From an uncultured bacterium (GTDB lineage: Bacteria; Omnitrophota; Omnitrophia; Omnitrophales; Aquincolibacteriaceae), in NCBI GenBank assembly GCA_964562525.1, contig CAZLTL010000004.1:6171-70170 (forward strand): a stretch of 64,000 nucleotides of DNA. The letters run 5' to 3'. The notes below the pieces were generated by a model. That model saw only the letters and a program-made list of their open reading frames with translations. It was not told the origin of the DNA and made no database searches. Positions 1-9,804 of this stretch are shown here, in pieces; position 1 is the stretch's first letter; each line of letters opens with the position of its first letter. Both the position numbers and the translations under genes were made by a program.

Positions 1-547
1 TGTCAAAGAAGGAAAGTTTCGCGAGGATCTTTATTATCGTTTGAATGTCGTGCCTATCTTTCTCCCCGCGCTCAGAGAGCGAAGGGAAGATATTCCGCTT
101 TTGGTGAATCATTTTCTTGCGATCGCGAATAAAGAGAACGGAAAAAAAGTGAAGTACGTTTCGGACTCCGCGATGAAATATTTAATGGCTTATGCTTGGC
201 CCGGTAATATTCGAGAATTACAAAACGCAGTGGAGCGCGCGGTTTTGCTTTGCAAGGGAGATACGATCGAGCCCAATCTTTTTCCGATTCCCGGGCACAA
301 AGATTCTCCCGGTCTCACGCAGTTTGAGCCCTCGCAGATAGTCGGCGCGGCAAGTTTTTCTGAAAATATTCCGGAGGGAGATTTGCCCGCGGCAGTTCAG
401 ATTTTAGAGGAAAAGATGATTCGCGAAGCTTTGAAAAAAACCGGCGGGAATCAAAGGCGAGCTTCCAAGATGCTTGGGCTTACGGAGCGTATTCTCGGAT
501 ATAAAATCAAAAACTATCAAATTCCCGCAAAAAATATAGTTGATTAA
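1..547 (+). CDS. sigma-54-dependent transcriptional activator (NtrC/Fis family), C-terminal portion; 5' end lies outside the window
   Basis: Frame is open from nt 1 (..GKFREDLYYRLNVVPI..), which carries the bEBP signature motif. C-terminal Fis-type HTH (RRASKMLGLTERILGYKIK). Confidence 0.85.
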   Translation, partial: VKEGKFREDLYYRLNVVPIFLPALRERREDIPLLVNHFLAIANKENGKKVKYVSDSAMKYLMAYAWPGNIRELQNAVERAVLLCKGDTIEPNLFPIPGHKDSPGLTQFEPSQIVGAASFSENIPEGDLPAAVQILEEKMIREALKKTGGNQRRASKMLGLTERILGYKIKNYQIPAKNIVD

Positions 548-646
548 AAAATACAAAATTGTTGTATTTAAATTTACAAAAACGTATTTTTTGATAATTT
601 TGGCTTATTTGTTTCAAATTTGAAGAGATAGATTTTTTCCTTCTGT

Positions 647-662
647 TGGCATGCGGATTGCA
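647..662 (+). promoter_or_regulatory. candidate sigma-54 -24/-12 promoter (TGGCAT-N5-TTGCA) for glnN
   Basis: tggcatgcggattgca matches TGGCAC-N5-TTGCW. It lies ~145 nt upstream of the glnN ATG and directly downstream of a bEBP gene. An ATACAA-N5-TTGTAT palindrome at ~565-581 could be the enhancer site. Confidence 0.55.
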
Positions 663-806
663 CGAATGGGTCTGGTGAATGGGGATTCTAAGGGGACAGA
701 AAGCGAATCGCGCTCTATAAAGCGTTGATTCGATTTAAGCTTCGTAGTAGGCTTTCAGCCTTCAAATGCACTTAAATTTTAACCAACATTAATTCAGGAG
801 ATTGTC

Positions 807-2921
807 ATGAGCTGTGAGAACAAACTGCCCGGAGTATTCGGGAGCAATGTATTCAATGATAAAGTAATGCGCGAACGTCTTCCGAAAGAGACCTACAAAG
901 CTCTCAGCAAGACGATTGAAAAGGGAACTCCGCTGACTCCCGAAGTTGCGAGTGTGGTCGCAAATGCCATGAAAGATTGGGCGCTTGAAAAAGGTGCTTC
1001 CCATTTTACGCATTGGTTCCAGCCTTTGACCGGTATTACCGCTGAAAAGCACGATTCATTTATTGATCCTGACATGAAGGGCGGTATCACGCTCGAATTA
1101 ACCGGCAATATGTTGATTCAAGGTGAACCCGACGCTTCTTCGTTTCCGAGTGGTGGGTTGCGCGCAACTTTCGAAGCCCGTGGTTACACCGCATGGGATT
1201 GTACTTCTCCCGCATTTTTGAAAGAAGACGCCGCAGGGGATTTGACACTTTGCATTCCGACAGCGTTTATGTCTTACACCGGTGAATCACTGGATAAGAA
1301 AACTCCGCTTCTCCGCTCGATGGAAGCTGTTTCGAAGCAGGCTGTGCGTTTGCTCCGTGTTCTTGGCAACAAGACAGTTCAGCGCGTGACTTCAACAGTG
1401 GGTCCTGAGCAAGAGTACTTCCTGATCGATAAGAAGTTCTATGATCAACGCATCGACCTTGCTCTTTCCGGACGCACGCTCTTTGGCGCGGCATCGCCGA
1501 AAGGGCAGGAACTCGAAGACCAGTACTTTGGTTCAATCAAAGATCGTGTCGCGAAGTTCATGAAAGAACTCGACATTGAACTTTGGAAAATGGGCGTAAC
1601 CGCGAAGACGAAGCATAACGAAGTGGCTCCCGCGCAGTTTGAAATCGCGGTTGTTTTCTCGACCACAAATATTGCGGTTGATCACAATCAGCTTGTGATG
1701 GAGAGCTTGCAAAAAATCGCTCTTCGCAACGGTCTCGTTTGCTTGTTGCATGAAAAACCGTTCGCAGGTGTGAATGGTTCCGGTAAGCATAACAACTGGT
1801 CGCTCGCTACAAACGAAGGCGAAAACCTTCTTGAGCCCGGCAAAACGCCGCATGACAACCTCCAGTTCTTGGTTGTTCTTGCTGCAATCATCAAGGCTGT
1901 CGATAAGCATGCCGGTAAGCTGCGCGCTTCCGCTGCGAATACCGGTAATGATCTTCGTCTCGGTGCGAATGAAGCTCCGCCGGCGATTATCTCGGTTTTC
2001 ATGGGTACGGGTTTGACGGATATTTTGAATCAAATTGCCGCAGGTAAAAAGGCTCAGTCAACGGATTATGGTTATCTGCATATGGGCGTGGATTCACTTC
2101 CGCCGCTTCCGTTGCATAATACCGATCGCAACCGTACTTCGCCTTTTGCTTTCACCGGTAATAAATTCGAATTTCGCATGGTGCCTTCTTCGGCATCCGT
2201 TGCCGGACCGAACACGATTCTCAACACAATTTCTGCGGAAGCTTTTGATGAAGTTGCTACGCGCCTTGAAAAAGTGGCCAAGGGCGATCTCAATAAAGAA
2301 GCTGAAAAAATTGTGCGTGAATATATCAAGGCTCATGGCCGCGTGATTTTTAACGGAAATGGATATTCACAGGATTGGGTTAAGGAAGCGAAAAAGCGCG
2401 GACTTCCGAATATCAGCTCCACGGTGGATGCTCTCGATGAGATGAATACGCCTGAAGCGCATAAGCTTTTCGAAAAGTATAAAGTGCTTTCGAAAACCGA
2501 ACTGCATTCGCGTCATGAAATCTATCTTGAAAGCTATATCAAGCAAATCGGAATTGAAGCGAAATGTGCAATCCGCATGTTGAAGACGCAGTATATTCCC
2601 GCTGTGATCTGCTACACGGGTAAACTTGCGGACACGATCAATTCGCTCAAATCGACGGGCGCTTCTTATGCCGTTCAAAAAGAGCTGTTGATTAATATCA
2701 CCACTCATCTTGAATCCGCAAAAGAAAAGCTTGATAAGCTTGAAGCAACGCTTGAAAAGTGCAGCAAAATTGAGCATGCCCCTGAAAAGGCGCGTGCTTT
2801 CCGTGACAAAGTGAAGGTTGCGATGGATGATGCTCGCACGGATATCGATGCATTGGAAGTTCTGGTTTGCGCTGAGGCGTGGCCGGTGCCGACATATGCC
2901 GATATGCTCTTCAAGCTGTAA
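807..2921 (+). CDS. glnN: glutamine synthetase type III
   Basis: 704 aa, the length typical of GSIII. AGGAG RBS 7 nt upstream of the ATG. Conserved GS core. Confidence 0.88.
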   Translation: MSCENKLPGVFGSNVFNDKVMRERLPKETYKALSKTIEKGTPLTPEVASVVANAMKDWALEKGASHFTHWFQPLTGITAEKHDSFIDPDMKGGITLELTGNMLIQGEPDASSFPSGGLRATFEARGYTAWDCTSPAFLKEDAAGDLTLCIPTAFMSYTGESLDKKTPLLRSMEAVSKQAVRLLRVLGNKTVQRVTSTVGPEQEYFLIDKKFYDQRIDLALSGRTLFGAASPKGQELEDQYFGSIKDRVAKFMKELDIELWKMGVTAKTKHNEVAPAQFEIAVVFSTTNIAVDHNQLVMESLQKIALRNGLVCLLHEKPFAGVNGSGKHNNWSLATNEGENLLEPGKTPHDNLQFLVVLAAIIKAVDKHAGKLRASAANTGNDLRLGANEAPPAIISVFMGTGLTDILNQIAAGKKAQSTDYGYLHMGVDSLPPLPLHNTDRNRTSPFAFTGNKFEFRMVPSSASVAGPNTILNTISAEAFDEVATRLEKVAKGDLNKEAEKIVREYIKAHGRVIFNGNGYSQDWVKEAKKRGLPNISSTVDALDEMNTPEAHKLFEKYKVLSKTELHSRHEIYLESYIKQIGIEAKCAIRMLKTQYIPAVICYTGKLADTINSLKSTGASYAVQKELLINITTHLESAKEKLDKLEATLEKCSKIEHAPEKARAFRDKVKVAMDDARTDIDALEVLVCAEAWPVPTYADMLFKL

Positions 2922-2955
2922 TATTTTGCCTCTGCGCTAAAGCGCAACCGGCGAG

Positions 2956-2994
2956 AAAAAGGCCGTGGAAGAAATTCCACGGCCTTTTTGTTTC
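2956..2994 (+). terminator. rho-independent terminator after glnN
   Basis: GGCCGTGGA-agaaat-TCCACGGCC stem-loop followed by a TTTTTGTTT tract. Confidence 0.7.
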
Positions 2995-3093
2995 ATTTTC
3001 CTCTGCGTCTCAAGCGGGGTATGCGGTTGGGTGAACCCAGAGCTAAACAAATATTGCTAGAGCGGCGGGAAAACCTCTGCTAGATTATCGCTG

Positions 3094-3456
3094 ATGAAAA
3101 AGATTTTACTTATCGCTGCCATTTTAGCTCTTGTTTCAGCACAGTCTTTTGCCGCTGAGATGGAATCACCTGGTCCCTTAAGAAAACTTCAACGCGGTTT
3201 TCTCAATATCGCACTGAGCCCCATGGAGTTAACCAACGAGCTTGCGGTCGAAAAGTATGAGAATGATGACCAAATGCCGCCAAGCTGGATGACCGGAACT
3301 GTGCGGGGAATTGCTTTTACCGCGGGCCGTGCGCTTGCCGGTGTCTATGACATTGCGACCTTTCCGATTCCTTTCCCTAAAGAGTATGGGCCGATCGTGC
3401 AGCCGGAGCTGCCGTGGGATAAGCTCAAAACCTCCCCAACCGTCCAGAGTAAATAA
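3094..3456 (+). CDS. small secreted hypothetical protein (signal peptide)
   Basis: N-terminal MKKILLIAAILALVSAQSFAA signal-peptide-like segment. 120 aa with no recognisable domain. Confidence 0.5.
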   Translation: MKKILLIAAILALVSAQSFAAEMESPGPLRKLQRGFLNIALSPMELTNELAVEKYENDDQMPPSWMTGTVRGIAFTAGRALAGVYDIATFPIPFPKEYGPIVQPELPWDKLKTSPTVQSK

Positions 3457-3621
3457 TTCGCTGAAAAAAGCTCATCTGCGGCGTCGCGAACCTCACAACA
3501 TTCGTGCGGCGTAGGTTTCACTACGCCTCCTCAGTTGCTCATTCGCTCCTGGCATCTAAGCCTTTTTGAGCGAATTTATCCAAATTTTTTGAGTGGTTAT
3601 AGCTTCGGGAAAGAAATCAGA

Positions 3622-4752
3622 TTATTTGGAGAGGAATGCGATGATCTCGCGGGCGGCGGATTGGCTGGCGGATTGATTGCCGAGAATTTGATGGAGTTTT
3701 TCAAACTTTGATTTCATTGCCATCATTTTTGCTGGGGTTTTAAGATAATCAACCGCCAGTGCGGCGATTTTTTTAGGGCGGGCATCATTTTGAATAAACT
3801 CAGGAATGACGGGCTCATCTAAAAGTAAATTGCCCAAGCCTAAATATTTTACCTTCACCAGCATTCTTCCCAAAATATAAGTGGTCCATTCTGTTTTATA
3901 AAGTAAGAAAAAAGGTGTTCCGAGCAGTGCTGTCTCAAGCGTTGCGGTCCCCGAAGCGACGAGCGCGAAATCCATCGCGCGTACGGTTTCTTCAAAAGAG
4001 GTTTCATGGAATTGAACAGAGACGCCGGCTTGGCGCGCAAGTTCGGTGTAAAGTTCCGGCGGCAGTCCGGGAGCACGGTTGGCGTGGAAAACAGCTTGCG
4101 GCAGTGTCACTTGAATTAGCTTTGCCGCTTCGAGCATAACCGGAAAAATGCGCTTCAGCTCTCTTAGCCTTGACCCTGAAAAGAGTCCAATATGGACCCC
4201 ATCCTTGAGTGCCAGCTTTTTTTTGCAGTTAAAAAGGCTGGGCACAGAATTTAATTTTTCAATGAGAGGGTGCCCAACATATTCCGCTTCAACATTCCGG
4301 GCGCGGTAAAAATCTTTTTCAAACGGCAGCAAAACGAGCATTTTTTGAATATGTTTTTGAACAACCTTAACTCTGTTTTGACCCCAAGCCCAAAGTTGCG
4401 GCGCGATGTAATAATAAATCGGCGCTGTTTTTGAAACCCGCTTTGCCAACCGCAGATTGAATGCAGGGGAATCAAGACAGACGATCAAGTCAGGCTTTTC
4501 TTTTTCGATGTGCGCGACAGTTTCTTCGAATATTTTTTTATAAAGCGGATACTTGCGGATGACGTCCATGAATCCGAGCGATGCGATTTTAGTCATGTCG
4601 CGGTGGAGCGTCATGCCAGCGGCTTGCATTTGCGGCCCGCCGATACCTTGAATTTCAAGCGAGGGAATGCTTTTCTTTAGTTCGTGAATGAGTTCCGCGG
4701 CGTGATGGTCCGCGGAAGTTTCAAGCGCAGTAATGAAGATGCGTTTGTGCAT
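3622..4752 (-). CDS. lpxB: lipid-A-disaccharide synthase
   Basis: LpxB-like N-terminus MHKRIFITALETSADHHAAELIHELKK..GIGGPQM, ~376 aa. Start chosen at the internal Met (the ORF track extends 29 codons further upstream). Confidence 0.85.
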   Translation of the reverse strand: MHKRIFITALETSADHHAAELIHELKKSIPSLEIQGIGGPQMQAAGMTLHRDMTKIASLGFMDVIRKYPLYKKIFEETVAHIEKEKPDLIVCLDSPAFNLRLAKRVSKTAPIYYYIAPQLWAWGQNRVKVVQKHIQKMLVLLPFEKDFYRARNVEAEYVGHPLIEKLNSVPSLFNCKKKLALKDGVHIGLFSGSRLRELKRIFPVMLEAAKLIQVTLPQAVFHANRAPGLPPELYTELARQAGVSVQFHETSFEETVRAMDFALVASGTATLETALLGTPFFLLYKTEWTTYILGRMLVKVKYLGLGNLLLDEPVIPEFIQNDARPKKIAALAVDYLKTPAKMMAMKSKFEKLHQILGNQSASQSAAREIIAFLSK

Positions 4753-4759
4753 TCTGGTT

Positions 4760-5707
4760 TTAGCTCTGGGCTGCGCCCAACCGCGTTTGAGCTTGCTTGT
4801 CGATCGAGTCGCGAATTTGAATCGCCAGCGCCAACGCATCCCGCGCGGCGGTGTCCGGTTTCCCTAGGCCTGAGCCATCGAGAATGCTGTTAATGAAAAA
4901 CCGCAGTTCCTCTTTAAGCGGCTCACCTTTTTGGATATCAATGCTTTCTTGTTCGATTTTGTCCTCAATTTTTCGGATGATTTTACAGCTTTGCGCTTCG
5001 TAATCCAGGGAGAGATAGCCGTTTTCCTGGAAAACACGCAGACGGCGTTGTTTTTCGAAAGTCAGACGGGATGCCGTCAGATTAGCCACCGCGCCGTTTT
5101 CAAAGCGAATGCGAACATTCGCGATGTCTTCATAGGGCGTCAAAACATGAATGCCCATCGCATCAATGTTCTTGATGGGGGATTTGATCAGTCCCAGCAA
5201 AATATCGAGATCGTGGATCATGAGGTCAAGTACAACGCCGCAATCATTAATGCGGCCTGTAAAAGGTCCAAGGCGATGAATCTCGAGGAAACCCACGTTT
5301 TGAATAATTTCGGTGATACGCTTAAAGCCGGGGTTGTGCCGTTCAAGGTGTCCCACTTGCAGGGCTAAATTTTTACGTTTGGCGATTTCAATCAGCTCGT
5401 TGGCGTCTTCCAGTTTGAGCGTGATTGGTTTCTCAATCAAAGTGTGAATGCCCGCATTCAAAAAATCCTTGGCGACGGCATGATGCGTGAAAGTGGGGGT
5501 AACGATACTGACGGCGTCCACTTTACCGATGAGCTGGCGGTGATCCGTAAAAAAAGCGGTTTGATATTCATCCGCTTTGATTTTGGTTTCAGGATTGGAA
5601 TCGCAAATGCCCACCAATTCCGCTTCCGGAAGTTCATGATAAATGCGGGTATGAATTTTCCCTAGATAACCGACACCGATAACACCGACACGCAGTTTTT
5701 TTGACAT
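4760..5707 (-). CDS. Gfo/Idh/MocA-family NAD(P)-dependent oxidoreductase (possible GnnA-like UDP-GlcNAc 3-dehydrogenase; inference only)
   Basis: N-terminal Rossmann motif VGVIGVGYLGKIH. Sits immediately upstream of lpxB in the same orientation with an 8 nt gap. Confidence 0.75.
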   Translation of the reverse strand: MSKKLRVGVIGVGYLGKIHTRIYHELPEAELVGICDSNPETKIKADEYQTAFFTDHRQLIGKVDAVSIVTPTFTHHAVAKDFLNAGIHTLIEKPITLKLEDANELIEIAKRKNLALQVGHLERHNPGFKRITEIIQNVGFLEIHRLGPFTGRINDCGVVLDLMIHDLDILLGLIKSPIKNIDAMGIHVLTPYEDIANVRIRFENGAVANLTASRLTFEKQRRLRVFQENGYLSLDYEAQSCKIIRKIEDKIEQESIDIQKGEPLKEELRFFINSILDGSGLGKPDTAARDALALAIQIRDSIDKQAQTRLGAAQS

Positions 5708-5845
5708 TCGGGAATTATATATTGAGTTGTGGCGAATGACCAGTTCTCAAACCCCCGTACTTCCCGGAAGTGCGGGGGTTTGAAATGCGCTTATCCCTTG
5801 TTGCGAGGTATCATGGTAGAATGCCGTCTGTTTGAAAGGGGAAAT

Positions 5846-7630
5846 ATGGCTTATCAGTCCGAAAAAAATTCGATGGTGATTTACCGCCGATTGCTTGAAT
5901 ACATCCGTCCGCATTTGTGGCGCTTTGGCATTGCGGTGGTGTGTATGGTGGGTTATGCCATTACGGTGGCTTTGGCTTCCGCGATTCCTTATCTGACAAT
6001 CAGCGGTTTGACCAATAAGCGCGAAGTGATTTTAAGCAGCCAGGTTATTTCGCATCTTCCTTTTGAATTTGATATCCGCTTTGGCGTGATTTGGCTGCCT
6101 GTTTTAATTTTTGCCATCATCGGTTTTAAGAGTTTCTTCGATTATGTCCTCAATTATCAAATGACCAATGTGGGAATTCGCGCTGTTCGCAAAGTGCGCG
6201 AAGATTTATTCGCGCATTTAACCCGGCTTTCCAGCGATTTTTACAGCCGCGGGCGAACAGGTGATTTTTTGAGCCGTATCACGAATGATGTCAGTGCCAT
6301 TCAGGGTGGCGTGACCGATGTTTTGACTGATTTGGTAAAACAGCCGATTACGGTGCTTTTCCTTCTTCCCCCGGTTTTTCTTTGGGGTGGTCCCAGCGGT
6401 TTGATTGCGGTCGGTGTTTTCTCGATCGTCGCTTTACCGATTGTGATTTTGGGAAAATCATTGCGCCGCACCACCAAAAAAATGCAGGAACGCACCGGTG
6501 AAATCACGGCGTTTATCGGCGAAAGTCTGATGGGAATGACGATTGTGAAAGCGTTCAACCAAGAAAACCGCATGATTGATAAATTTAACTCGATCAACCG
6601 CACTGTTTTTGATCATTATAAAAAAACTATCCGCGTTACGATTTTGCAAAGACCGATGATTGAAATGATCGGCGCGGCCGGCGCGGCGCTGGCTGTGGGA
6701 ATGTCGGTGGAGCAGTTTACACCCGAGCGGTTCACCTCGTTTCTTGTCGCGCTTTTCCTGCTTTATGAGCCGGTTAAAAAAATTAGCAAAGTCAATAACA
6801 CGATTCAGCAATCGGTCGCGGCGGGGCAGCGTATTTTTGAGATTTTAGATGAAGTTCCTTCTGTGCGTGATTTGCCTAATGCGATTCACTTTAAAGAGCC
6901 TGTTCGCGAAGTAGTTTATGACAAGATTTCTTTTAAATATCAAACCGGCGGCGAGATTTTTTCTGATTTTTCGCTTTCGGTAAAAGCGGGCGAAGTCCTG
7001 GCGATTGTCGGGCAAAGCGGGTCCGGCAAAAGCACCTTAGTGAATTTGTTGCCGCGTTTTTATGATCCCTCCGCCGGTGCCGTGCGCGTGAATGGAACTG
7101 ATTTAAGAAATATGACTTTAAAGTCATTACGCGACATGATTGCGATTGTGACTCAGGATACGATTTTGTTTAACGGGACTGTGCGTGAGAATATTGCTTA
7201 TGCCAATCCTCAGGCTTCGATGGCTGAAGTCGAAACTGCGGCGCAAGCGGCGCAAGCCCATACTTTTATTTCGGCGATGCCGCAAGGTTATGACACCAAT
7301 ATCGGCGACCGTGGTATGAATCTGTCGGGGGGGCAGCGACAAAGGCTTTCAATCGCACGCGCGCTTTTAAAAAATCCGCCGATTCTTATTTTGGATGAAG
7401 CGACTTCGAACCTTGATACGCAAAGCGAGTCTGAAGTTCAAATCGCGCTCGAAAATTTAATGAAAGGGCGCACCGTGTTTGTGATTGCGCATCGCTTATC
7501 AACCGTTAAAAAAGCCAACCGAATTATTGTTATGCGTCATGGTAAGGTCATTGAAGAGGGGACGCATGATGTGCTTCTCGCCAAAAACGGAATATATAAA
7601 GACCTTTACGATCTCCAATTCTCCGCTTAA
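5846..7630 (+). CDS. msbA: ABC transporter permease/ATPase fusion, MsbA-like lipid exporter
   Basis: Six-TM N-terminal domain plus Walker A GQSGSGKST, ABC signature LSGGQRQR and Walker B ILILDEAT. Start set at the Met preceded by AAGGGG (ORF track starts 39 codons earlier). Confidence 0.8.
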   Translation: MAYQSEKNSMVIYRRLLEYIRPHLWRFGIAVVCMVGYAITVALASAIPYLTISGLTNKREVILSSQVISHLPFEFDIRFGVIWLPVLIFAIIGFKSFFDYVLNYQMTNVGIRAVRKVREDLFAHLTRLSSDFYSRGRTGDFLSRITNDVSAIQGGVTDVLTDLVKQPITVLFLLPPVFLWGGPSGLIAVGVFSIVALPIVILGKSLRRTTKKMQERTGEITAFIGESLMGMTIVKAFNQENRMIDKFNSINRTVFDHYKKTIRVTILQRPMIEMIGAAGAALAVGMSVEQFTPERFTSFLVALFLLYEPVKKISKVNNTIQQSVAAGQRIFEILDEVPSVRDLPNAIHFKEPVREVVYDKISFKYQTGGEIFSDFSLSVKAGEVLAIVGQSGSGKSTLVNLLPRFYDPSAGAVRVNGTDLRNMTLKSLRDMIAIVTQDTILFNGTVRENIAYANPQASMAEVETAAQAAQAHTFISAMPQGYDTNIGDRGMNLSGGQRQRLSIARALLKNPPILILDEATSNLDTQSESEVQIALENLMKGRTVFVIAHRLSTVKKANRIIVMRHGKVIEEGTHDVLLAKNGIYKDLYDLQFSA

Positions 7631-7793
7631 TAAATCACTGAAAATCATTCGTCTGCTTTGTTGAAAGAATCATCCGCTTGTGCGCTGTGCGTTTTTAGCA
7701 CAGCTCCGCGCGTCTTCTCCTTCGCCGCGCATCCAAATAATTTTGAGTGATTCCCCTGGGAAGCTTCCTTCTTTCGCATTCGAGTGAAGATAT

Positions 7794-7836
7794 AAAAAAA
7801 GCCCCTGCTTTTTGAGCAAGGGCTTTTTCTTTTACT
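7794..7836. terminator. bidirectional rho-independent terminator between convergent genes
   Basis: AAAAAAAGCCCCTGC-tttttga-GCAAGGGCTTTTTCTTTT: a GC stem with an A-tract upstream and a T-tract downstream. Confidence 0.75.
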
Positions 7837-7841
7837 TAAGA

Positions 7842-8270
7842 TTAAAAGTTGAACTTTACTTTGGTCGTGTCTTCGCTGTTATCTTCCGGTTCTTCAACGC
7901 GGAAACTATTGCGGTCCGCACGGCCCAGGGTGACAACTTCTGCGATACCTTTGGAAGTGTTCTCCAGAACTTTGCCGCTGCCTTTCATGACGCCTTGAAC
8001 CGTGCCTACAACGGGGGGATTTTCCGCCGTGCCTTCGGCTGTGTCCTGAAGAAGCCCTTTTGTGCTGTCATAAGTGGCTTGTTTAACGCCGCCGGCCATT
8101 TGCCCGACAGTGCTTCCATCTGATGCGGGAGTGTCATAACCCGCTTTTTTGTATTCTTTTTCCATTTTTTCAAAGTCTCGGGCTTCTTCGTCGTATTGCC
8201 CGCTCCGGCCCATGCCCATGGTCAATACGCACAACCCTATAATCAAAAAAATATTTAAAAATCCGCGCAT
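7842..8270 (-). CDS. small secreted hypothetical protein
   Basis: 142 aa with signal peptide MRGFLNIFLIIGLCVLTMG and a Gly/Thr/Glu-rich body. The terminator lies directly downstream. Confidence 0.5.
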   Translation of the reverse strand: MRGFLNIFLIIGLCVLTMGMGRSGQYDEEARDFEKMEKEYKKAGYDTPASDGSTVGQMAGGVKQATYDSTKGLLQDTAEGTAENPPVVGTVQGVMKGSGKVLENTSKGIAEVVTLGRADRNSFRVEEPEDNSEDTTKVKFNF

Positions 8271-8294
8271 ATTGGTAATCCTCTCAACCCGGAC

Positions 8295-8391
8295 GAAAGA
8301 CCATAGACTAAAGACTATAGACTCACGAAAGGTCTGTGGTCTTCGGTCTGTTGTCTATAGTCTGGTGGAAGTATACCCTTGAAGGGTATAA
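8295..8391. promoter_or_regulatory. array of four 11-bp AGAC(C/T)ATAGAC-type sites (2 direct + 2 inverted) plus a TATACCCTT-G-AAGGGTATA palindrome in the divergent promoter region
   Basis: agaccatagac (8298-8308) and agactatagac (8312-8322), with their reverse complements gtctgtggtct (8333-8343) and gtctatagtct (8353-8363). A perfect 9-bp inverted repeat lies at 8373-8391. Confidence 0.4.
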
Positions 8392-8501
8392 ATTCCCAAT
8401 ACAATTCAATATAGGAGTTATGTTATACTGCCCAATCGTTTTACTGGCAATTTTATGGTTTTAAGGAAGCAAGAATCAGGCGAAAGCGTGATTCTTTCAA
8501 T

Positions 8502-9800
8502 ATGGCAACGCAGAAAATACGCATCGGATTGTTGGGGTTAGGGCAGGTAGGCGGCGGCTTGGTCGAGATTCTTCATTCCAAGCGCGCTTGGTTTATCAGC
8601 CAGTTGGGCGTCGATTTTGAAATTCGCAAGATCGCTGTGCGTAATCTCTCCAAAAAACGCCCATTTAAGGTAGCAGCGCATCTTTTGACTAATAACCCTA
8701 AATTGGTTGTGAAAGACCCGGCCATTGACGTTGTTGTGGAATTGATCGGCGGAACAAAAGAAGCTCGCGTCTTGGTCAAGGAAGCTTTGAAAGCCGGAAA
8801 GCATGTGGTGACCGCTAATAAGGCTTTGCTTGCCGAGTATGGCGATGAAATTTTTAAATTGGCGTATCAGAAAAAACGCTGGATTTGTTTTGAAGCCAGC
8901 GTGGCCGGCGGTATTCCCGTTATGAAGGCTTTGCGCGAAGGTTTGGTCGCGAATAAGATTCAATCCATCGCTTCCATTATTAACGGAACCAGTAATTATA
9001 TTTTAAGCAGCATGACCGAGGACGGGACAGGGTTTGATGAGGCGTTGAAGCAAGCTCAGAAAAAGGGCTACGCGGAAGCCGATCCGACACTGGATATTGA
9101 TGGCACCGATGCGGCGCATAAGCTGGCAATTCTTTCGCGGTACGCGTTTAACGGCAGCATTGCTTTTGATTCGATTTACCGTGAGGGCATTACGGGAATT
9201 AAAAGCGAAGACATCCAGTTTGCGAGGCATTTCGGCTACCGCATCAAGTTGCTTGCGATTGCTAAGTGCTCTTCGGCGGGGCTTGAAGCGCGAGTGCAGC
9301 CCGCGCTGGTACCTGAAAAACATATTTTGGCGAATGTGAACGGCTCATTTAATGCGGTTCAAATTTGCGGTGATGAAGTCGGGGAAGTTCTTTTTTATGG
9401 ACGCGGCGCGGGATCGCATCCAACGGCGAGCGCGGTATTTGCTGATCTTGTGGATATTGCGAAGGGCGGCATTTATGGGCCGATCCAAAATTCGCTTTCT
9501 ATGCGGGGTACCAGCGGTGGCTTGAAGGTCCGTAGTATCGCTTCAACTGATTCGCGTTATTATTTGCGTTTTCACGTGATTGATCAGCCCGGAGTTTTGG
9601 CCGGAATTTCAAACGTGTTGGGTAAATACAAAATCAGTATTTCAGATGTAATTCAGCAAGAGCGCAGCGTGGGAAAAATTGTTCCGCTGATTATGCTGAC
9701 GCATGAAACGCATGAAAAATCAGTGCGCCAAGCTGTTCAGGTCATTGACCGGATGAAGCCGATCAAGGGCCGTTCTCAAGTGATTCGAATCGAAGGATAA
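8502..9800 (+). CDS. hom: homoserine dehydrogenase
   Basis: N-terminus [14 protein letters not shown] (NAD-binding) and a C-terminal ACT-like domain. Confidence 0.9.
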   Translation: MATQKIRIGLLGLGQVGGGLVEILHSKRAWFISQLGVDFEIRKIAVRNLSKKRPFKVAAHLLTNNPKLVVKDPAIDVVVELIGGTKEARVLVKEALKAGKHVVTANKALLAEYGDEIFKLAYQKKRWICFEASVAGGIPVMKALREGLVANKIQSIASIINGTSNYILSSMTEDGTGFDEALKQAQKKGYAEADPTLDIDGTDAAHKLAILSRYAFNGSIAFDSIYREGITGIKSEDIQFARHFGYRIKLLAIAKCSSAGLEARVQPALVPEKHILANVNGSFNAVQICGDEVGEVLFYGRGAGSHPTASAVFADLVDIAKGGIYGPIQNSLSMRGTSGGLKVRSIASTDSRYYLRFHVIDQPGVLAGISNVLGKYKISISDVIQQERSVGKIVPLIMLTHETHEKSVRQAVQVIDRMKPIKGRSQVIRIEG

Positions 9801-9804
9801 AGGT

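Noticed and set aside
1533-2033. Several 70-166 aa minus-strand ORFs inside glnN (also 2367-2777, 2705-2980)
   Set aside because: Antisense to a well-supported 704-aa GSIII gene; no RBS or motif support.
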